Source: Promethearchaeota archaeon
GTDB taxonomy: Archaea > Asgardarchaeota > Lokiarchaeia > Sigyniarchaeales > SOKP01
Reading direction: 5' to 3'
DNA length: 64,000 bases
NCBI GenBank assembly: GCA_016839765.1
Contig: JAEOTP010000069.1
Span: 50,629-114,628, forward strand
Made by a program: the position numbers and the translations under genes. The notes beneath the pieces were generated by a model, which worked only from the letters and a program-made list of their open reading frames with translations, ran no database searches and was not told the DNA's origin. This document shows, one piece after another, positions 39,770 to 49,665 of this stretch (position 1 is its first letter; each line of letters opens with the position of its first letter).

Positions 39770-42703
39770 TTGAAATCTCTTAGCTTAGATGAAGAAAAAG
39801 TAAAGGATTTGATATCAAGCGGTAACTACGAAAAGGCCGCAGATGAAATTTTTGAAGTTTTAGAAGATCAAAATAGTTCAGATAAGGAACTAATATACAA
39901 AAGTCTAAACCTTTTAAATTTAATCTGTGATAAATCTCCTTCCATTTCAGAGCGTATCGTAAAAAATATAGATTCAATTATAAATGATGCAAATTCTTGG
40001 ATTCGATTAATCTCTTTAGAGATTCTTTATCAAATTTCACTGTATCGTCCTAATTTATTGATAGATCTTATAGAGAAAATAAGAAATCGTTTTTATGATC
40101 AAGAGTCTGCTGTTCGAAGATTATCAGTTAAAATAATTGGAAATTTAATTATCTCATTACATATTGATCGTGAAGATTTAAAAACCATTATCGAGGAATT
40201 CACGGAAAAGCTAATGGACAATGACTGGAAGGTTAAATTAGAAGTAATCAAAACCGTAAAAAAAATTCTAAACCAAGATTATACTAAAATTAGAGATTTA
40301 GAGCCCTTATTATCAATCGTAATTGTAAATCTTAGAGATGAAGATGATGATGTTGCTAGATCTGCTGCAGAATTGCTTAAAATTATTGGTATTTATTTTC
40401 TGTCCAAGGAAAAAGTCATGTATATCCTCTTAAATTTATTGTACAATGAGGAATCCCGAGTAAAAGAGTTAATTATATGGTTATTTGGAGAAATTGGTAA
40501 AGAAAAATCTTCAGAAATAATCCCTTTTATTCCCAAATTAATTAATCTTCTAAAGGAAGATCATTATAGAATTCAGATTAAAGTAATAGATGCTCTTGTA
40601 AGTATTGCTCAAAATAATTTCGATCAAATTTGGTCAAATTTAATTAATACTCTTTATACCACCAGCGACAATGATTTTAAGAATGTAATAATTAACGCCC
40701 TCTATCATCTAAGTCAGAATAATATTACAGAAATCTTTAATTACATCTTTGAAGAACTCGAAAATCCATCCGAAAATGTTAGGGATGCCGTTGCTTTAGT
40801 TTTCAAACGATTATTTGAAGAATACCAAGTTGAGATTGAAAATGAAATTACAAAAATATTGTATCGATTAGAATCTAAATATTGGAGAGAACGAAAAAAG
40901 GCTATAAATCTACTTGGTAATATTTGCTTTATTTTAGAGAGTAAAAAAATTGCGGTTTGGCTTTATGTTGAATTAGAAAAAAGATTTAAAATTGAAACCG
41001 ATCCCGATGTACAAGAAGAAGTTTTATTTACTTTGAAAAATATTAGACTAAATTTTAACAAAATTGATAATATCATTCAAAAGGTAAACGAAGATTTGGA
41101 TAATTTTCATAAAACAATTAAGGAATTTCAAAGAATACCTGCTCAATTTCGTGAAAAAATGAATTCGTACATAAAAGAATTCAAATTTCATGAAACAGAA
41201 ATTAAGTTAAATAATATTTATTCTGATATCGTCAAGAGGATAAAGAAATTCAATAAGAAGATAAATAAATTCGAATATAAAAGACTCGCATTTAATTTAA
41301 TCGAAGATTGGCAAGAGACCAAATTACTCATTATTGATGAGCTGAGTATTATAAAAGGATTCATTTCTGAAATATTTGAAGAAAAAAAGGCGGAATTTAC
41401 ATTAAATCTAAAATCAAGAATTAAAGTACTTCAGGATAGAATCTCGGTATTAAATGCTCAATTTGAATTTGTCAAGAATTATAAATTTCCAGATAATTTA
41501 GACAATATGTTAATGAGTCAGAGCCAAGATAAAGAAGTAGAAGAAAGATTTACTCAATTCACACAAATGAGAAATTATTTATTTAGACTTGATGATGATA
41601 TTAGAGAAATTCTTGTAGATAATGTAGAATTTAATGAAATTTTCAAAGATTTATTGAGAAATTGGGTTGCTACAAAAATCCAAATCCAAGAGTACTTAAG
41701 CGATTTAGATAAGAAAATAAAGCAAATTAAGGATAATATAGTAAATTATTTTATAAAAACAACTAAAGATGATACTCAAGAATTAAAGATTAATGGTATT
41801 AAAAATGAGTTAGGCTTCCAATTATTTCAGGGGCATATTCAATCAATTATCACTCAGAGTATTGAAGGTTTTAAAAAATTTAATGAGAGTTTTAAAAAAT
41901 TAGATTCCAAATTAGAGATATTAATTCAAAAAAGTGAATTTTCTGATGCTAAAAAACTAATTGAAATGAACTCAAACCAAATTCAAAATTTCATAGAAGA
42001 CTATGAAGCCCAGATTGACAATATTATAGGTAAAGTTGTTGAAGATAAAAGTGATATTTTTAATTTGTATGTAAGACCCTATATTACAAAATTTGTGTCT
42101 TCAAAAGAGTTCCTTATCAATAAGCTAAAAGCCTTTTCGGATAAGGGATATAATAAAATATATTTAAACCAAATAAAATATTATTTAGAAGTAATAAATC
42201 CAATTAACTTAGAAAATTTAGCATTATATTTAGAAGTAGATATTGAATATCTAAAAGATATAATCCTAAATTACATTCATAAGAATAAATTAAAAGCTAA
42301 AATAGTAAATGATAATCTTTATTCACCAAAAATCGAAGAGGATTTTATCGAAGCAAAGGATTTGCTCTTTTTCAAAAATATTAAAACTATAGGAAATAAA
42401 ATGTATTTAAACTTTAAGTTAAATAATCCTACGAATTTTAATTTTCGAGAAATCCAGATTTCACTCAAGATTCCATCTTATCTTTCATTTATCAGGAAAG
42501 AAAGCTTCCCCAGCTATTTATATCTGAATGAATTAAAGTCTGGTAGTGTTTTTAAATTTAACTATGTTGTTAAAATCGACAGAAATATTGAGAAAAATTT
42601 AGCAGATCCAACCGTAGATGAGATTAACCTCAATCTATATTATAGAGATTCGTTTGATATCACTCGCAAAACAACAAAAAAAATTGATCTCCTTCTACCC
42701 TAA
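39770..42703 (+). CDS. HEAT-repeat / coiled-coil / PCI-like winged helix / beta-sandwich protein
   Basis: Repeated L.D....VR..A...L HEAT units in the first ~420 aa; INLENLA..L..D...L...I...I....L.AKI (PCI-like); beta-rich C-terminus. Confidence 0.7.
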   Translation: MKSLSLDEEKVKDLISSGNYEKAADEIFEVLEDQNSSDKELIYKSLNLLNLICDKSPSISERIVKNIDSIINDANSWIRLISLEILYQISLYRPNLLIDLIEKIRNRFYDQESAVRRLSVKIIGNLIISLHIDREDLKTIIEEFTEKLMDNDWKVKLEVIKTVKKILNQDYTKIRDLEPLLSIVIVNLRDEDDDVARSAAELLKIIGIYFLSKEKVMYILLNLLYNEESRVKELIIWLFGEIGKEKSSEIIPFIPKLINLLKEDHYRIQIKVIDALVSIAQNNFDQIWSNLINTLYTTSDNDFKNVIINALYHLSQNNITEIFNYIFEELENPSENVRDAVALVFKRLFEEYQVEIENEITKILYRLESKYWRERKKAINLLGNICFILESKKIAVWLYVELEKRFKIETDPDVQEEVLFTLKNIRLNFNKIDNIIQKVNEDLDNFHKTIKEFQRIPAQFREKMNSYIKEFKFHETEIKLNNIYSDIVKRIKKFNKKINKFEYKRLAFNLIEDWQETKLLIIDELSIIKGFISEIFEEKKAEFTLNLKSRIKVLQDRISVLNAQFEFVKNYKFPDNLDNMLMSQSQDKEVEERFTQFTQMRNYLFRLDDDIREILVDNVEFNEIFKDLLRNWVATKIQIQEYLSDLDKKIKQIKDNIVNYFIKTTKDDTQELKINGIKNELGFQLFQGHIQSIITQSIEGFKKFNESFKKLDSKLEILIQKSEFSDAKKLIEMNSNQIQNFIEDYEAQIDNIIGKVVEDKSDIFNLYVRPYITKFVSSKEFLINKLKAFSDKGYNKIYLNQIKYYLEVINPINLENLALYLEVDIEYLKDIILNYIHKNKLKAKIVNDNLYSPKIEEDFIEAKDLLFFKNIKTIGNKMYLNFKLNNPTNFNFREIQISLKIPSYLSFIRKESFPSYLYLNELKSGSVFKFNYVVKIDRNIEKNLADPTVDEINLNLYYRDSFDITRKTTKKIDLLLP

Positions 42704-42895
42704 ATTTTAATGAATGTATTATTCATGGTTATCGAAAAATTCGATAGATATATCGAAGAAATGAATCAATTAATAAATAAGTATTAATTCTGAAATACAT
42801 AAATTACAAAATCTAACTACAAATTAAGAATTCTAATTAAATCTTGAGAAAGAAAAACTTAAATATTTCTTGATTAGTAATATTAGAGGTGAAAT

Positions 42896-43924
42896 ATGGA
42901 AAAAGAAAAAGAGTATAGACTTACTTCACAAGTTAAAATACATGGATGATCATGCAAACTTGGCCCAAATAGTTTAGAAAATTTACTGCAAAAAGCTGGT
43001 TTATTAGGAAATTTTGAAGACGCTGCTATATTACCGGTGCCTAATAGCGATTTGGTCTTAGTAAAAAACTTGGATATTTTTACTCCAATCGTAGATGAAC
43101 CAGAAATCCAGGGTGAAATAGCCGCGTGTAATGTAACAAATGATATATTTGCCATGAATGTACCTGAAATTTCTGGAATGCTGGTTTTTCTAGGTATTGA
43201 TACGATTATGCCTATGGAAATCGCTGAAAAAATACTTATTGGCATAAAAAGTTTCATGGAGAAAAAGGTAAACTCAAAAATAGTTGGTGGACACACTATA
43301 TATGCTGAAGGACCGTTAATAGGCGGAGAAGCATCAGGATACGTCCAAAGCAATATGATTATTAAAAAACAAGGAGTTAAAGAAGGAGATAAATTAATCC
43401 TTACAAAACCAATCGGGTTACAAGCTATAATGGCAGCTTATAGAATTTTGAAAGATTTTCCAGAAATGCTAGAACAATATTCAAAAGAAGAGTTAATGAA
43501 ATCTATCAAATTTGCTGTTGAATTGATGACCATACCCAACCAAAACGTTGTAAAAGCAATACATTCTTACGAAAACTTCTCTTTCATACACGCTATGTCT
43601 GATGTAACGGGCTTTGGATTAGCAGGTCATACAAAGGAAATGTTACAAAATTCTAATTTATCAGCAGTTTTAGAAAAAATTCCTTCTATAAAATTATCGA
43701 AAGAACTCTCAAACGAATTAGGTTATGCTTTTGATGATTGTACCTGTCATGAGACCGCTGGAGGTATGTTGATGGCTGTTGATCCTGCTAAATCAGAAGA
43801 ATTTTCTAATACATTATATAGTAATGGGATTAACAATTGGATTGTGGGAACAATCGACTCTGTAAAACCAGGAACAGTTAGAGTTGATGAAAACATAGAA
43901 AATATAGAAATACAAAACTTATAA
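42896..43924 (+). CDS. selD: Selenophosphate synthetase containing selenocysteine (UGA at codon 18, 42947-42949)
   Basis: GAGGTG SD and ATG 42896 in frame with the track ORF; HG-U-SCKL; EDAA; DIFTPIVD; NDIFAM; GGHT; LTKPIG; DVTGFGLAGH; ETAGG. Confidence 0.93.
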
Positions 43925-43998
43925 AGATGTCATTGATATAAACTTAAACACCTTTATGGTGAGTGTTTATTGAGAAATCCACCTGCAAGGTGGCATCT
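43925..43998 (+). promoter_or_regulatory. SECIS element (eukaryote-like, type II geometry) in the selD 3' UTR
   Basis: UGA(43934)...UGAG(43971) GA/GA core; ATAAAC/GTTTAT helix; unpaired AAA (43946-48); CACC/GGTG mini-stem; outer AGATGTCA/TGGCATCT helix. Confidence 0.75.
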
Positions 43999-44012
43999 AG
44001 AAATATATTGTA

Positions 44013-44801
44013 TTACTCCTTTATTTTTCCATTAAGATTTAAAACTATTGTTCTAGCTTCATTTAGTGCTTTATTGACTAACTCTTCTCCATTATCCACA
44101 TTGAAACAGGTAATAGAAACTTCAACTTCTACTGATAATCCTATTCTGGGATGTGTTTTTATCCAAAGTTGTGGATATTTTTCTTCTAATCTAGTAATAT
44201 AAGGAGCAATCTGGCTTTCCCCAATTCCAGAAAAAAGAAAACTTCTTTCTATAAATTTGCCTTGTTTTTCTTTTAAGATTGGTGTTATAACATTTCTAAA
44301 CATTGCTTTCATTTCTGCGGGAACGCCGGGAAGTATAAAAATGATAGCATCTTTTTCAGATATTTTAACTCCGGGAGCCGTACCTACAGTATTTGGCAAG
44401 GGGGTGGCACCTTGAGGGAGATATGCCATCTTTTTTCGCTCATTTGTCATTCCCTCAAGTTTTAAGAGCCCTCTCTTATACGCCCTTTCGTATACTTTTT
44501 TGATGGTATTATACGCATGTTCATTTAACTCTAACTTTCTATTCAAACCCTTCGCTATACCTTCTAAAGTCATATCATCAAAGGTTGGACCTATACCTCC
44601 TGAAGTTATAATTATGTCTGGTTTACGCTTTAAGATATTTTGTAAAGTAGATGATATCAAATCCAATTCATCTCCAATTGTTGTGATTCTCTTTAGTCTA
44701 TGTCCATATTTCGCAATTCTTTTAGCCATCCAATTTGAATTAGTGTCTTGTGTTTTTCCAATTAAAATTTCATTTCCAACTACCAAAATTTCAACTTCCA
44801 T
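44013..44801 (-). CDS. CinA-like (molybdopterin-binding domain) competence/damage-inducible protein
   Basis: VGNEILIG...DTN; SGGIGPTFDDMT; GTAPG; LPGVPAEM; GIGES. Confidence 0.88.
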   Translation of the reverse strand: MEVEILVVGNEILIGKTQDTNSNWMAKRIAKYGHRLKRITTIGDELDLISSTLQNILKRKPDIIITSGGIGPTFDDMTLEGIAKGLNRKLELNEHAYNTIKKVYERAYKRGLLKLEGMTNERKKMAYLPQGATPLPNTVGTAPGVKISEKDAIIFILPGVPAEMKAMFRNVITPILKEKQGKFIERSFLFSGIGESQIAPYITRLEEKYPQLWIKTHPRIGLSVEVEVSITCFNVDNGEELVNKALNEARTIVLNLNGKIKE

Positions 44802-44995
44802 TCTAATTCAAATCCTATTATTAAAAATAATATTTTAAATAATTCTCAATACAATAATATTATTAAAATTTTAAATAGAATTTGATTCTTACCAGTAAAT
44901 ATAGATAATCTATTTGAATTTTCCAATAACAAATTTGAAATCATATAATTCATTTGATTAATAATACTTGAAATGATGAAGATGATTTTATAGCT

Positions 44996-45562
44996 ATGAC
45001 TATTGAAATTGATGATGCCGGAACCGGAGATTTAGTTGGTAATGCTTTTATAGGGTTATTAAGAAAAGAAACAGATGAAATTATTTTTAAAACACTCCCC
45101 GTAGAATTATTTCAAAGTACTAATTGGAAAAACAAAATTCCATATAAGAAAACACTTGATTTAGTTAATGAGGGACTAAGGGAATTAGATTTTATTAAAT
45201 ATAAGGAGAAAATACTAATATGTCGAGGAAATATCTTTGATGAGGTTAGGAATTATTTTGATGAGGAAGGAATTTTATATGAGCAATCGATAATTGAGGG
45301 GAAATTACAAGATGCAGTAGAAGGTAAATTAATAAATCATCTTAGAAATGATCTCGGTATTAAATCTAAAAAATTAACAAAAAGAAGTGGAGCTAAAAGG
45401 TATTTTGTATTATTTAATTGGGTTAGTTATGACTTTTATAATCGCGAAAAATATGTTAAAACAGGCTTTAAAAAATGGAATACTATTTGGAGAGAACGGG
45501 CCATAGAGAAATACAAGAAATTAAAAAGCCCACGGCATACTAGTGGTTATAAATCGAATTAA
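44996..45562 (+). CDS. Hypothetical protein with RNase H-like N-terminal motif
   Basis: IEIDDAGTGDLVG resembles the RNase HII motif GIDEAGRG. Confidence 0.55.
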   Translation: MTIEIDDAGTGDLVGNAFIGLLRKETDEIIFKTLPVELFQSTNWKNKIPYKKTLDLVNEGLRELDFIKYKEKILICRGNIFDEVRNYFDEEGILYEQSIIEGKLQDAVEGKLINHLRNDLGIKSKKLTKRSGAKRYFVLFNWVSYDFYNREKYVKTGFKKWNTIWRERAIEKYKKLKSPRHTSGYKSN

Positions 45563-45665
45563 TTTTTCTGAATCCGACTATTATTTTTTATTAAGGAACT
45601 ATTGTTTTTTTTAACAATACTATTAAATATGATGTAATAATTAATAGTGATCAGTAATTATCAAG

Positions 45666-48077
45666 TTGATAAAAATAACACTTAAAAAAAAAATTGGCGA
45701 AGCTTCAAATAATATTATATCCCTTCCCTCCAAAAAAAAATTCATAAGTGCTATAATATTATTAGTTTTTGGTGTTGGTTTGATACCCACCGGTTTTCTG
45801 CTTAATAATTTTATCCAAAAAGAAATTGAAAAGGGTATTGCTGACCAAATTATAATACCTGACTCTAATGACGCAGGTTATAATGAATGGATATCAAATG
45901 ATTATCCCGATGCTATTCCCGAGTATCGAAAATTTTATATGTGGAATTTATCTAATCCTACTCAATTTCTCGCGGGACATAAACCAAACCTTGAAGAAAT
46001 TGGACCTTATGTTTTTCGAGAATACAAAACAAAGTATGATGTGAGTTATAGCGCCAAACTGGATGAAGTGACCTATAAACAATATTCAACATGCATATTT
46101 CAACCTGATATGTCTGCCCCCTTATGTTCTCTTGATGATAATATTATAAACATAAATCCTGCTTATTTAGGGGTTCTAGAATTAGCTGAAAATGAGGAAA
46201 ATCTAATTAAGGTTATGTTTCCATCTGTTCTTTCAGAAGTGAAAACATTTTTTGGAGAAGAATTAAATATAACACTAAACGAGCTTTTGACTAATGAAGG
46301 AATTTATAACATGCTTGTTGGGGCTTTATATGATATGCTTCACGATCTATTTTCTGGAATCCTCGGAGATCAGGCAATAAATTTAACTGCTACTTGGATA
46401 GTTGATTTCCTTACTACTTACATAGTCCCGTTAGAAGATCTGGTAGAATTTATGAATGATGCAATGCCTAGTGCTGAAGCAATTTTCCTTGGGGAATGGG
46501 CAAATGATTATTTTCCTGAAGTTGAAGTGGATTTATCTATTTTATTTGGGCATATTTTAGATGTAATAAGCGAAATTGTTGATTTTGTTATTGATCTCAT
46601 ATTCTTTTGGGACGTCTTACACTTATTTGATGCTATTAAGGACGCTCTACATCAAGAACTTATGAATATGTTTGAAGAGTTATTTACTGAATCTCCAGTT
46701 GCAGAATTAATTGCAAGACTTCTTGCAGATTTGATCCAAAGTTTAGGAAGTAAATTGGTTGATGAGGAAGGTAGTAAGACAGGTGATGGAGTTGATATCG
46801 ATGGTCGGGAGCCGTATAATTTTCCAGGCCCAAGTTCTGATCTAAATATCATTAATCGTAGTGAAGATGGTGAGTCTGGAATTACACAGGAGCAATGTCA
46901 GGCTCTTTGGGATCAAAACAACCCAAACTCGCTTCTAGGTATGGATATGTTGACAAATCCGATCTGGTTTGAAGCGTTAGCTGGAATTGAAGGAGCTAAG
47001 ACTTTCTTAATGAATATTTTCTCTCTGAATGAAACTCAATTAGAATTAATTTTAACCTGGATAGGTACAAGTATAAATGGATGGCTCAAAAATATATGCG
47101 AATACTCTATAAAAGATTGGAATAGCGGTTTACTCACTACTCGTACTGTTAAAGAATGGCTCTTTACAGCTGTAGATAATTTAGTCAATGAACAAGATCC
47201 TTCAGAAGCAAACGTAGGAATTTTTAATAATTGTTCTTCCGAAGCTGAAGCAGAGGTTGAGGATATGAAAAGTTTTACTATAAACACAGGCAAACTTGAT
47301 ATTGATAAAGTCTCTGACACTATTAAATATGATGGTAAGGAAGTTATTACTGTTTGGGAAGAAGAAGAAATTGTGCATGGTACAGGTGGCACTCAATTTG
47401 CACCGGGGGTCTCGAAAAATGATCCTCTTTATATTTTCATAACTGATTTATTAAGAACAGTAGAGATTACCTATTCTGGAACAACTAATATTTATGGTAT
47501 TGAATTATATAGGTTCAAACTATCAGAAGAAACTTTGAAAATCAACCCAAAATATTACCAATCCATTGAAGGATTAGCTAATATGACCGTAGATAAAGGA
47601 ATTCCTACTTTTCTTAGTAAACCCCACTTTCTTGATGCAAGCAGCTATCTGAAAGATTCTGTTTATGGTCTTAATCCCAATGAGGCTCAACATGATATTT
47701 ACATAGATGTTGAGCCCTTAACAGGGGCTGTTATGAACGCAGGTGAAAGAATACAGATTAATTTTATGGTTAATCATACGGATATTTGGTATACAGACTG
47801 TTGGGAGGGTGTGATGCCTATTCTTTGGCTTGAATTTGGAGGACAAATAACAGAAAATCTGGCAAATAAATTTAAAAACTTGGTTTATACTGCTCAAGAT
47901 CTAAGTGTAATCTTGTATCAAGGATGTATTGGTGTAGGTGCCAGCCTTATTATTCCTGGTATGATTTTTACAACAACACAGAATCGAAAACGATTAATTA
48001 TAAAAAAACAAAAATTAGAACAAGGCATTAAAGCTCCCAAACTACCTTCTAATACAAATAAAGAACTTAAAGCTTAA
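45666..48077 (+). CDS. CD36/SCARB (LIMP-2)-family two-TM protein with a large ectodomain insertion
   Basis: N- and C-terminal TMs; KFYMWNLSNP..F..G.KP.LEEIGPYVFRE; TVKEWLF; VHGTGGTQFAP; PTFLSKPHFL.A; H.IYIDVEPLTG; RIQIN; PILW. Confidence 0.85.
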   Translation: MIKITLKKKIGEASNNIISLPSKKKFISAIILLVFGVGLIPTGFLLNNFIQKEIEKGIADQIIIPDSNDAGYNEWISNDYPDAIPEYRKFYMWNLSNPTQFLAGHKPNLEEIGPYVFREYKTKYDVSYSAKLDEVTYKQYSTCIFQPDMSAPLCSLDDNIININPAYLGVLELAENEENLIKVMFPSVLSEVKTFFGEELNITLNELLTNEGIYNMLVGALYDMLHDLFSGILGDQAINLTATWIVDFLTTYIVPLEDLVEFMNDAMPSAEAIFLGEWANDYFPEVEVDLSILFGHILDVISEIVDFVIDLIFFWDVLHLFDAIKDALHQELMNMFEELFTESPVAELIARLLADLIQSLGSKLVDEEGSKTGDGVDIDGREPYNFPGPSSDLNIINRSEDGESGITQEQCQALWDQNNPNSLLGMDMLTNPIWFEALAGIEGAKTFLMNIFSLNETQLELILTWIGTSINGWLKNICEYSIKDWNSGLLTTRTVKEWLFTAVDNLVNEQDPSEANVGIFNNCSSEAEAEVEDMKSFTINTGKLDIDKVSDTIKYDGKEVITVWEEEEIVHGTGGTQFAPGVSKNDPLYIFITDLLRTVEITYSGTTNIYGIELYRFKLSEETLKINPKYYQSIEGLANMTVDKGIPTFLSKPHFLDASSYLKDSVYGLNPNEAQHDIYIDVEPLTGAVMNAGERIQINFMVNHTDIWYTDCWEGVMPILWLEFGGQITENLANKFKNLVYTAQDLSVILYQGCIGVGASLIIPGMIFTTTQNRKRLIIKKQKLEQGIKAPKLPSNTNKELKA

Positions 48078-48258
48078 AAAGTATCAATAGCTTCAAATAT
48101 AACCTTGTTAACTCCACCAAGCGATGAAGTATCAAACTCTCCTAGTAAAGAAAAACCAGAAGATTCAAGTGATCCAAGTTGATAAATTAATAAATAAATG
48201 TTTCTTTTGAAAGTTAATAGATTTTAATTATACAATTTCTTATAGGTGTGTTATTCTC

Positions 48259-48954
48259 ATGGTTAATAAAAGGAATACAATTAATCATGAATTCATTATT
48301 TTAGAATCTATCAGAGATAACCCCGGTGGTGTAACCGTCTCAGATATAGCCAATTTTACGAAATTTTCCAGAAATACTGTTTCTAAATATGTTTCGATTT
48401 TAGAACTGAAAAAACAAATCTTTAGTAAAAAGGTTGGTGCTTATAAATTGTTTTTTGCTTTGAAAAAAAGTTACATCCCTTTTAAAACAGCTATTTCATA
48501 TTATAAAGCTCTTTTATCAAAAATTAAAAAATATTATCCAAATATAGAGGAAATGGCTAAAAAGATTGGTAAGGAAGCTATGAAAGATATAAAGTTTTCC
48601 TTTGGCCCTAATGTTTATAAACAATTGAAAACACTAAAGGATCACCCCATTTCGAGAATACATTTAGAAAGTTTTAAAAATTTCTACCCCGTATATGATA
48701 TATTTCAGCCAAACATTGAAATCTCTGTTTTAAAAATTAATCAAGAAGAAAAAAGTGCAACTTATAGATTTAAGAATTCAATATTCTTGGAAAATTCTGA
48801 TGATTTTATATATCACATTTATATTATGTGTGGAATTACTGAGGGAATACTTAATATGGTATTAAAGACTGAAGTAATTTGCAATATTGAACAAATTTAT
48901 ATTTCTAATGAAAAAGAAAATTCTTTTTTTGATATTAGTATTAAAATGGTATGA
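48259..48954 (+). CDS. HTH transcriptional regulator with V4R/HNOB-like C-terminal domain
   Basis: GVTVSDIA......RNTVSKY...LE winged HTH; H....CGITEG.L. Confidence 0.72.
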   Translation: MVNKRNTINHEFIILESIRDNPGGVTVSDIANFTKFSRNTVSKYVSILELKKQIFSKKVGAYKLFFALKKSYIPFKTAISYYKALLSKIKKYYPNIEEMAKKIGKEAMKDIKFSFGPNVYKQLKTLKDHPISRIHLESFKNFYPVYDIFQPNIEISVLKINQEEKSATYRFKNSIFLENSDDFIYHIYIMCGITEGILNMVLKTEVICNIEQIYISNEKENSFFDISIKMV

Positions 48955-48964
48955 ATTAAATGAA

Positions 48965-49648
48965 ATGAAAATTGTTGTATTTGCTCCTCATCCTGATGAT
49001 GAGATATTTGGATGTGGAGGTTCTATTTTAAAATGGATAGATGAAGGCCATGATGTTCATATTGTATATGTAACTGATAATCGTGCTTTTTATCCTTGGG
49101 GTTTAAAAGATAACAAAATAAATGAAGAGGATGCTAAAGAATATTCAAATCTAAGTGGGGATGAACTCGGAAGAATTGGATTGGCTGAAGCAAAAATAGT
49201 TGCTAAAGCATTTGGTTTTCCTGAAAAAAGCACTCACTTATTTAAATTTCATGATCAAGACGCTTTAAACCAGATTGATAATGGAATTGAATTATCAAAA
49301 GAAATTATCAATGATGCTGATAGAATTGTATTACCAAGTGATAATAACAACCACCCTGACCATCAAGCAACCCATATAATGGCAAAGAGAGCCGCTTTAG
49401 ATTTAGAACTTAAAGATGTTGAATTTTATGTTTATGCTATTTATAACATTTTAAAGACGCCAATGAAAAGACAGATAAAAATACGAATGGGACAATATCG
49501 TAATAGAATCTATGAATTAATGAAAGGGTATAAAACTCAGTTATGTTTAAAAGACACTAATTTAGGATGGCAAACATTTAAATTTAGAAGAGCAGAAAGA
49601 TTTGGAATTTATAAACTTGAAGATGCTAATAGATTTTATAATTTCTAA
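48965..49648 (+). CDS. PIG-L/LmbE family deacetylase
   Basis: APHPDDEIFGCGG; HPDH; ATG 48965 preferred as start. Confidence 0.88.
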   Translation: MKIVVFAPHPDDEIFGCGGSILKWIDEGHDVHIVYVTDNRAFYPWGLKDNKINEEDAKEYSNLSGDELGRIGLAEAKIVAKAFGFPEKSTHLFKFHDQDALNQIDNGIELSKEIINDADRIVLPSDNNNHPDHQATHIMAKRAALDLELKDVEFYVYAIYNILKTPMKRQIKIRMGQYRNRIYELMKGYKTQLCLKDTNLGWQTFKFRRAERFGIYKLEDANRFYNF

Positions 49649-49665
49649 TTAAAAACAGGAGAAAT

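Noticed and set aside
43037-43924. Track ORF start for selD at GTG 43037
   Set aside because: It lacks the catalytic N-terminus. The upstream in-frame ATG with SD and the G-U-S-C-K motif show that the TGA is a Sec codon.
42883-44838. ORFs 42883-43353(-), 43963-44202(+) and 44500-44838(+)
   Set aside because: Antisense shadows of selD and the CinA-like gene; the 43963 ORF also overlaps the SECIS.
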